NCBI GenBank assembly: GCA_964057225.1
Contig: CAXKVF010000074.1
Span: 434,001 to 498,000, forward strand
DNA: 64,000 bases
Direction of reading: 5' to 3'
DNA from: Auanema rhodensis
Taxonomy: Eukaryota > Animalia > Nematoda
Both the position numbers and the translations under genes were made by a program. Positions 54,401-64,000 of this stretch are shown in pieces. Every line of letters begins with the position of its first letter. Within the stretch, counting starts at the first letter, position 1. The notes under the pieces are model-generated. The model was not told the origin of the DNA. It was given only the letters and a program-made list of their open reading frames with translations, and ran no database searches.

Positions 54401-57400
54401 ATTTATGCTAATTAAATGTACACGTGATGTGCACTTGGTATGTAACTCGCTTCACGTGAAAGATAAAGAGATGCGGTTTTCAAAATTAGATTCCCCATGT
54501 CCATATTAGTCTAAAAACAAATTTTTATTGATATTGGTTCATGGTAACCATGACTTTGAAATTTACGTGAACTTTAATTTATGCTAATTAAATGTACACG
54601 TGATGTGCACTTGGTATGTAACTCGCTTCACGTGAAAGTTAAAGAGATGCGGTTTTCAAAATTAGATTCCCCATGTCCATATTAGTCTAAAAACAAATTT
54701 TTATTGATATTGGTGCATGGTAACCATGACTTTGAAATTTACGTGAACTTTAATTTATGCTAATTAAATGTACACGTGATGTGCACTTGGTATGTAACTC
54801 GCTTCACGTGAAAGATAAAGAGATGCGGTTTTCAAAATTAGATTCCCCATGTCCATATTAGTCTAAAAACAAATTTTTATTGATATTGGTTCATGGTAAC
54901 CATGACTTTGAAATTTACGTGAACTTTAATTTATGCTAATTAAATGTACACGTGATGTGCACTTGGTATGTAACTCGCTTCACGTGAAAGATAAAGAGAT
55001 GCGGTTTTCAAAATTAGATTCCCCATGTCCATATTAGTCTAAAAACAAATTTTTATTGATATTGGTGCATGGTAACCATGACTTTGAAATTTACGTGAAC
55101 TTTAATTTATGCTAATTAAATGTACACGTGATGTGCTCTTGGTATGTAACTCGCTTCACGTGAAAGATAAAGAGATGCGGTTTTCAAAATTAGATTACCC
55201 ATGTCCATATTAGTCTAAAAACAAATTTTTATTGATATTGGTGCATGGTAACCATGACTTTGAAATTTACGTGAACTTTAATTTATGCTAATTAAATGTA
55301 CACGTGATGTGCTCTTGGTATGTAACTCGCTTCACGTGAAAGATAAAGAGATGCGGTTTTCAAAATTAGATTACCCATGTCCATAATAGTCTAAAAACAA
55401 ATTTTTATTGATATTGGTGCATGGTAACCATGACTTTGAAATTTACGTGAACTTTAATTTATGCTAATTAAATGTACACGTGATGTGCACTTGGTATGTA
55501 ACTCGCTTCACGTGAAAGATAAAGAGATGCGGTTTTCAAAATTAGATTCCCCATGTCCATATTAGTCTAAAAACAAATTTTTATTGATATTGGTTCATGG
55601 TAACCATGACTTTGAAATTTACGTGAACTTTAATTTATGCTAATTAAATGTACACGTGATGTGCACTTGGTATGTAACTCGCTTCACGTGAAAGATAAAG
55701 AGATGCGGTTTTCAAAATTAGATCCCCCATGTCCATATTAGTCTAAATACTAATTTTTATTGATATTGGTGCATGGTAACCATGACTTTGAAATTTACGT
55801 GAACTTTAATTTATGCTAATTAAATGTACACGTGATGTGCACTTGGTATGTAACTCGCTTCACGTGAAAGATAAAGAGATGCGGTTTTCAAAATTAGATT
55901 CCCCATGTCCATATTAGTCTAAAAACAAATTTTTATTGATATTGGTGCATGGTAACCATGACTTTGAATTTTACGTGAACTTTAATTTATGCTAATTAAA
56001 TGTACACGTGATGTGCACTTGGTATGTAACTCGCTTCACGTGAAAGATAAAGAGATGCGGTTTTCAAAATTAGATTCCCCATGTCCATATTAGTCTAAAA
56101 ACAAATTTTTATTGATATTGGTTCATGGTAACCATGACTTTGAAATTTACGTGAACTTTAATTTATGCTAACTAAATGTACACGTGATGTGCACTTGGTA
56201 TGTAACTCGCTTCACGTGTAAGATAAAGAGATGCGGTTTTCAAAATTAGATTCCCCATGTCCATATTAGTCTAAAAACAAATTTTTATAAATATTGGTGC
56301 ATGGTAACCATGACTTTGAAATTTACGTGAACTTTAATTTATGCTAATTAAATGTACACGTGATGTGCTCTTGGTATGTAACTCGCTTCACGTGAAAGAT
56401 AAAGAGATGCGGTTTTCAAAATTAGATTCCCCATGTCCATATTAGTCTAAAAACAAATTTTTATTGATATTGGTTCATGGTAACCATGACTTTGAAATTT
56501 ACGTGAACTTTAATTTATGCTAATTAAATGTACACGTGATGTGCACTTGGTATGTAACTCGCTTCACGTGAAAGATAAAGAGATGCGGTTTTCAAAATTA
56601 GATTCCCCATGTCCATATTAGTCTAAAAACAAATTTTTATTGATATTGGTTCATGGTAACCATGACTTTGAAATTTACGTGAACTTTAATTTATGCTAAT
56701 TAAATGTACACGTGATGTGCACTTGGTATGTAACTCGCTTCACGTGAAAGTTAAAGAGATGCGGTTTTCAAAATTAGATTCCCCATGTCCATATTAGTCT
56801 AAAAACAAATTTTTATAAATATTGGTGCATGGTAACCATGACTTTGAAATTTACGTGAACTTTAATTTATGCTAATTAAATGTACACGTGATGTGCACTT
56901 GGTATGTAACTCGCTTCACGTGAAAGTTAAAGAGATGCGGTTTTCAAAATTAGATTCCCCATGTCCATATTAGTCTAAAAACAAATTTTTATTGATATTG
57001 GTGCATGGTAACCATGACTTTGAAATTTACGTGAACTTTAATTTATGCTAATTAAATGTACACGTGATGTGCACTTGGTATGTAACTCGCTTCACGTGAA
57101 AGATAAAGAGATGCGGTTTTCAAAATTAGATTCCCCATGTCCATATTAGTCTAAAAACAAATTTTTATTGATATTGGTGCATGGTAACCATGACTTTGAA
57201 TTTTACGTGAACTTTAATTTATGCTAATTAAATGTACACGTGATGTGCACTTGGTATGTAACTCGCTTCACGTGAAAGATAAAGAGATGCGGTTTTCAAA
57301 ATTAGATTCCCCATGTCCATATTAGTCTAAAAACAAATTTTTATTGATATTGGTTCATGGTAACCATGACTTTGAAATTTACGTGAACTTTAATTTATGC

Positions 57401-60400
57401 TAATTAAATGTACACGTGATGTGCACTTGGTATGTAACTCGCTTCACGTGAAAGATAAAGAGATGCGGTTTTCAAAATTAGATTCCCCATGTCCATATTA
57501 GTCTAAAAACAAATTTTTATTGATATTGGTTCATGGTAACCATGACTTTGAATTTTACGTGAACTTTAATTTATGCTAATTAAATGTACACGTGATGTGC
57601 ACTTGGTATGTAACTCGCTTCACGTGAAAGATAAAGAGATGCGGTTTTCAAAATTAGATTCCCCATGTCCATATTAGTCTAAAAACAAATTTTTATTGAT
57701 ATTGGTGCATGGTAACCATGACTTTGAAATTTACGTGAACTTTAATTTATGCTAATTAAATGTACACGTGATGTGCTCTTGGTATGTAACTCGCTTCACG
57801 TGAAAGATAAAGAGATGCGGTTTTCAAAATTAGATTACCCATGTCCATATTAGTCTAAAAACAAATTTTTATTGATATTGGTGCATGGTAACCATGACTT
57901 TGAAATTTACGTGAACTTTAATTTATGCTAATTAAATGTACACGTGATGTGCTCTTGGTATGTAACTCGCTTCACGTGAAAGATAAAGAGATGCGGTTTT
58001 CAAAATTAGATTACCCATGTCCATAATAGTCTAAAAACAAATTTTTATTGATATTGGTGCATGGTAACCATGACTTTGAAATTTACGTGAACTTTAATTT
58101 ATGCTAATTAAATGTACACGTGATGTGCACTTGGTATGTAACTCGCTTCACGTGAAAGATAAAGAGATGCGGTTTTCAAAATTAGATTCCCCATGTCCAT
58201 ATTAGTCTAAAAACAAATTTTTATTGATATTGGTTCATGGTAACCATGACTTTGAAATTTACGTGAACTTTAATTTATGCTAATTAAATGTACACGTGAT
58301 GTGCACTTGGTATGTAACTCGCTTCACGTGAAAGATAAAGAGATGCGGTTTTCAAAATTAGATCCCCCATGTCCATATTAGTCTAAATACTAATTTTTAT
58401 TGATATTGGTGCATGGTAACCATGACTTTGAAATTTACGTGAACTTTAATTTATGCTAATTAAATGTACACGTGATGTGCACTTGGTATGTAACTCGCTT
58501 CACGTGAAAGATAAAGAGATGCGGTTTTCAAAATTAGATTCCCCATGTCCATATTAGTCTAAAAACAAATTTTTATTGATATTGGTGCATGGTAACCATG
58601 ACTTTGAATTTTACGTGAACTTTAATTTATGCTAATTAAATGTACACGTGATGTGCACTTGGTATGTAACTCGCTTCACGTGAAAGATAAAGAGATGCGG
58701 TTTTCAAAATTAGATTCCCCATGTCCATATTAGTCTAAAAACAAATTTTTATTGATATTGGTTCATGGTAACCATGACTTTGAAATTTACGTGAACTTTA
58801 ATTTATGCTAATTAAATGTACACGTGATGTGCACTTGGTATGTAACTCGCTTCACGTGTAAGATAAAGAGATGCGGTTTTCAAAATTAGATTCCCCATGT
58901 CCATATTAGTCTAAAAACAAATTTTTATAAATATTGGTGCATGGTAACCATGACTTTGAAATTTACGTGAACTTTAATTTATGCTAATTAAATGTACACG
59001 TGATGTGCTCTTGGTATGTAACTCGCTTCACGTGAAAGATAAAGAGATGCGGTTTTCAAAATTAGATTCCCCATGTCCATATTAGTCTAAAAACAAATTT
59101 TTATTGATATTGGTGCATGGTAACCATGACTTTGAAATTTACGTGAACTTTAATTTATGCTAATTAAATGTACACGTGATGTGCTCTTGGTATGTAACTC
59201 GCTTCACGTGAAAGATAAAGAGATGCGGTTTTCAAAATTAGATTACCCATGTCCATAATAGTCTAAAAACAAATTTTTATTGATATTGGTGCATGGTAAC
59301 CATGACTTTGAAATTTACGTGAACTTTAATTTATGCTAATTAAATGTACACGTGATGTGCACTTGGTATGTAACTCGCTTCACGTGAAAGATAAAGAGAT
59401 GCGGTTTTCAAAATTAGATTCCCCATGTCCATATTAGTCTAAAAACAAATTTTTATTGATATTGGTTCATGGTAACCATGACTTTGAAATTTACGTGAAC
59501 TTTAATTTATGCTAATTAAATGTACACGTGATGTGCACTTGGTATGTAACTCGCTTCACGTGAAAGATAAAGAGATGCGGTTTTCAAAATTAGATCCCCC
59601 ATGTCCATATTAGTCTAAATACTAATTTTTATTGATATTGGTGCATGGTAACCATGACTTTGAAATTTACGTGAACTTTAATTTATGCTAATTAAATGTA
59701 CACGTGATGTGCACTTGGTATGTAACTCGCTTCACGTGAAAGATAAAGAGATGCGGTTTTCAAAATTAGATTCCCCATGTCCATATTAGTCTAAAAACAA
59801 ATTTTTATTGATATTGGTGCATGGTAACCATGACTTTGAATTTTACGTGAACTTTAATTTATGCTAATTAAATGTACACGTGATGTGCACTTGGTATGTA
59901 ACTCGCTTCACGTGAAAGATAAAGAGATGCGGTTTTCAAAATTAGATTCCCCATGTCCATATTAGTCTAAAAACAAATTTTTATTGATATTGGTTCATGG
60001 TAACCATGACTTTGAAATTTACGTGAACTTTAATTTATGCTAATTAAATGTACACGTGATGTGCACTTGGTATGTAACTCGCTTCACGTGTAAGATAAAG
60101 AGATGCGGTTTTCAAAATTAGATTCCCCATGTCCATATTAGTCTAAAAACAAATTTTTATAAATATTGGTGCATGGTAACCATGACTTTGAAATTTACGT
60201 GAACTTTAATTTATGCTAATTAAATGTACACGTGATGTGCTCTTGGTATGTAACTCGCTTCACGTGAAAGATAAAGAGATGCGGTTTTCAAAATTAGATT
60301 CCCCATGTCCATATTAGTCTAAAAACAAATTTTTATTGATATTGGTTCATGGTAACCATGACTTTGAAATTTACGTGAACTTTAATTTATGCTAATTAAA

Positions 60401-63011
60401 TGTACACGTGATGTGCACTTGGTATGTAACTCGCTTCACGTGAAAGATAAAGAGATGCGGTTTTCAAAATTAGATTCCCCATGTCCATATTAGTCTAAAA
60501 ACAAATTTTTATTGATATTGGTTCATGGTAACCATGACTTTGAAATTTACGTGAACTTTAATTTATGCTAATTAAATGTACACGTGATGTGCACTTGGTA
60601 TGTAACTCGCTTCACGTGAAAGTTAAAGAGATGCGGTTTTCAAAATTAGATTCCCCATGTCCATATTAGTCTAAAAACAAATTTTTATTGATATTGGTGC
60701 ATGGTAACCATGACTTTGAAATTTACGTGAACTTTAATTTATGCTAATTAAATGTACACGTGATGTGCACTTGGTATGTAACTCGCTTCACGTGAAAGTT
60801 AAAGAGATGCGGTTTTCAAAATTAGATTCCCCATGTCCATATTAGTCTAAAAACAAATTTTTATTGATATTGGTGCATGGTAACCATGACTTTGAAATTT
60901 ACGTGAACTTTAATTTATGCTAATTAAATGTACACGTGATGTGCACTTGGTATGTAACTCGCTTCACGTGAAAGATAAAGAGATGCGGTTTTCAAAATTA
61001 GATTCCCCATGTCCATATTAGTCTAAAAACAAATTTTTATTGATATTGGTGCATGGTAACCATGACTTTGAATTTTACGTGAACTTTAATTTATGCTAAT
61101 TAAATGTACACGTGATGTGCACTTGGTATGTAACTCGCTTCACGTGAAAGATAAAGAGATGCGGTTTTCAAAATTATATTCCCCATGTCCATATTAGTCT
61201 AAAAACAAATTTTTATTGATATTGGTGCATGGTAACCATGACTTTGAAATTTACGTGAACTTTAATTTATGCTAATTAAATGTACACGTGATGTGCACTT
61301 GGTATGTAACTCGCTTCACGTGAAAGATAAAGAGATGCGGTTTTCAAAATTAGATTCCCCATGTCCATATTAGTCTAAAAACAAATTTTTATTGATATTG
61401 GTTCATGGTAACCATGACTTTGAAATTTACGTGAACTTTAATTTATGCTAATTAAATGTACACGTGATGTGCACTTGGTATGTAACTCGCTTCACGTGAA
61501 AGATAAAGAGATGCGGTTTTCAAAATTAGATTCCCCATGTCCATATTAGTCTAAAAACAAATTTTTATTGATATTGGTTCATGGTAACCATGACTTTGAA
61601 ATTTACGTGAACTTTAATTTATGCTAATTAAATGTACACGTGATGTGCACTTGGTATGTAACTCGCTTCACGTGAAAGATAAAGAGATGCGGTTTTCAAA
61701 ATTAGATTCCCCATGTCCATATTAGTCTAAAAACAAATTTTTATTGATATTGGTGCATGGTAACCATGACTTTGAAATTTACGTGAACTTTAATTTATGC
61801 TAATTAAATGTACACGTGATGTGCTCTTGGTATGTAACTCGCTTCACGTGAAAGATAAAGAGATGCGGTTTTCAAAATTAGATTACCCATGTCCATATTA
61901 GTCTAAAAACAAATTTTTATTGATATTGGTGCATGGTAACCATGACTTTGAAATTTACGTGAACTTTAATTTATGCTAATTAAATGTACACGTGATGTGC
62001 ACTTGGTATGTAACTCGCTTCACGTGAAAGATAAAGAGATGCGGTTTTCAAAATTAGATTCCCCATGTCCATATTAGTCTAAAAACAAATTTTTATTGAT
62101 ATTGGTGCATGGTAACCATGACTTTGAAATTTACGTGAACTTTAATTTATGCTAATTAAATGTACACGTGATGTGCTCTTGGTATGTAACTCGCTTCACG
62201 TGAAAGATAAAGAGATGCGGTTTTCAAAATTAGATTACCCATGTCCATATTAGTCTAAAAACAAATTTTTATTGATATTGGTGCATGGTAACCATGACTT
62301 TGAAATTTACGTGAACTTTAATTTATGCTAATTAAATGTACACGTGATGTGCTCTTGGTATGTAACTCGCTTCACGTGAAAGATAAAGAGATGCGGTTTT
62401 CAAAATTAGATTACCCATGTCCATAATAGTCTAAAAACAAATTTTTATTGATATTGGTGCATGGTAACCATGACTTTGAAATTTACGTGAACTTTAATTT
62501 ATGCTAATTAAATGTACACGTGATGTGCACTTGGTATGTAACTCGCTTCACGTGAAAGATAAAGAGATGCGGTTTTCAAAATTAGATTCCCCATGTCCAT
62601 ATTAGTCTAAAAACAAATTTTTATTGATATTGGTGCATGGTAACCATGACTTTGAAATTTACGTGAACTTTAATTTATGCTAATTAAATGTACACGTGAT
62701 GTGCACTTGGTATGTAACTCGCTTCACGTGAAAGATAAAGAGATGCGGTTTTCAAAATTAGATTCCCCATGTCCATATTAGTCTAAAAACAAATTTTTAT
62801 TGATATTGGTTCATGGTAACCATGACTTTGAAATTTACGTGAACTTTAATTTATGCTAATTAAATGTACACGTGATGTGCACTTGGTATGTAACTCGCTT
62901 CACGTGAAAGTTAAAGAGATGCGGTTTTCAAAATTAGAATACCCATGTCCATATTAGTCTAAAAACAAATTTTTATTGATATTGGTGCATGGTAACCATG
63001 ACTTTGAAATT
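39428..63011 (+). repeat. Higher-order domain E: variable-length HOR family (periods of 25, 37, 17, 14, 15 and 7 monomers)
   Basis: A monomer carrying A72T plus TG142-143AA occurs at 39921, 44321, 50833, 53825, 56289, 58929 and 60161. The module GTGCTC+TTACCC / same+ATAATA / T152 / GATCCCC-AAATACTA / T174 recurs throughout. Confidence 0.85.
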
Positions 63012-64000
63012 TACGTGAACTTTAATTTATGCTAATTAAATGTACGCGTGATGTGCACTCGGTATGTAACTCGCTTCACGTGAAAGATAAAGAGATGCGG
63101 TTTTCAAAATTAGATTCCTCATGTCCATATTAGTCTAAAAACAAATTTTTATTGATATTGGTGCATGGTAACCATGACTTTGAAATTTACGTGAACTTTA
63201 ATTTATGCTAATTAAATGTACACGTGATGTGCACTTGGTATGTAACTCGCTTCACGTGAAAGATAAAGAGATGCGGTTTTCAAAATTAGATTCCCCATGT
63301 CCATATTAGTCTAAAAACAAATTTTTATTGATATTGGTTCATGGTAACCATGACTTTGAAATTTACGTGAACTTTAATTTATGCTAATTAAATGTACACG
63401 TGATGTGCACTTGGTATGTAACTCGCTTCACGTGAAAGATAAAGAGATGCGGTTTTCAAAATTAGATTCCCCATGTCCATATTAGTCTAAAAACAAATTT
63501 TTATTGATATTGGTGCATGGTAACCATGACTTTGAAATTTACGTGAACTTTAATTTATGCTAATTAAATGTACACGTGATGTGCTCTTGGTATGTAACTC
63601 GCTTCACGTGAAAGATAAAGAGATGCGGTTTTCAAAATTAGATTCCCCATGTCCATATTAGTCTAAAAACAAATTTTTATTGATATTGGTGCATGGTAAC
63701 CATGACTTTGAAATTTACGTGAACTTTAATTTATGCTAATTAAATGTACACGTGATGTGCACTTGGTATGTAACTCGCTTCACGTGAAAGATAAAGAGAT
63801 GCGGTTTTCAAAATTAGATTCCCCATGTCCATATTAGTCTAAAAACAAATTTTTATTGATATTGGTTCATGGTAACCATGACTTTGAAATTTACGTGAAC
63901 TTTAATTTATGCTAATTAAATGTACACGTGATGTGCACTTGGTATGTAACTCGCTTCACGTGAAAGTTAAAGAGATGCGGTTTTCAAAATTAGATTACCC

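Larger units (their letters stand above)
1..64000 (+). repeat. Tandem satellite array, 176-bp monomer, ~363.6 copies, head-to-tail; putative centromeric/pericentromeric satellite
   Basis: TACGTGAAC recurs at 1, 177, 353 and so on. After three +1 T insertions, monomer starts follow 4+176n up to 63892 (M364). GC is 57/176 in the first monomer. No non-satellite sequence or inversion was seen. The centromeric role is inferred only from the nucleosome-sized unit and high homogeneity. Confidence 0.99.

Noticed and set aside
1-64000. CRISPR-like array (palindromic repeats at regular spacing)
   Set aside because: There are no unique spacers, since the whole 176 bp is repeated, and there are no cas genes or leader.
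1-64000. Assignment to alpha-satellite, Arabidopsis CEN178, Brassica CentBr or an AluI/HindIII-defined family
   Set aside because: Only the length is similar. I recognise no sequence similarity, and the consensus has no AGCT/AAGCTT site or CENP-B box. A database search is needed.
1-64000. G/T pattern at position 152 as a strict dimer HOR or an information-bearing code
   Set aside because: The pattern is not alternating (runs of several G or T occur) and is explained by block duplications.
1-64000. Embedded transposon, MITE, inversion or telomeric repeat
   Set aside because: Monomer phase and orientation are unbroken. No foreign sequence, target-site duplication or telomere motif was seen.

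Overview
The whole 64-kb window is one uninterrupted, head-to-tail tandem satellite array. It has a 176-bp, ~32% GC monomer, with 363 full copies plus a 109-bp partial, all in the same orientation. Consensus from base 1: TACGTGAACTTTAATTTATGCTAATTAAATGTACACGTGATGTGCACTTGGTATGTAACTCGCTTCACGTGAAAGATAAAGAGATGCGGTTTTCAAAATTAGATTCCCCATGTCCATATTAGTCTAAAAACAAATTTTTATTGATATTGGT(G/T)CATGGTAACCATGACTTTGAAATT. Most copies differ from it at only 0-4 positions. I see no genes, RNA genes, transposons or CRISPR array. The single 60-aa ORF arises from a one-base loss of a stop codon in one monomer. Monomer size and homogeneity are typical of a eukaryotic centromeric or pericentromeric satellite, but I cannot name the family or organism, and centromere function is inference. 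Two things are informative. (i) The monomer is dense in dyad symmetries and carries three phased ACGTGA/E-box cores. (ii) Reading variants monomer by monomer shows nested higher-order duplications (3-, 13-, 20-, 25- and ~30-mers), allele-defined sub-domains, and a long-range match 36,080 bp apart. Monomer numbers (M1 = base 1) and variant calls (position within the monomer) were made by eye and should be confirmed by alignment. I found no evidence for a novel gene-encoded system.
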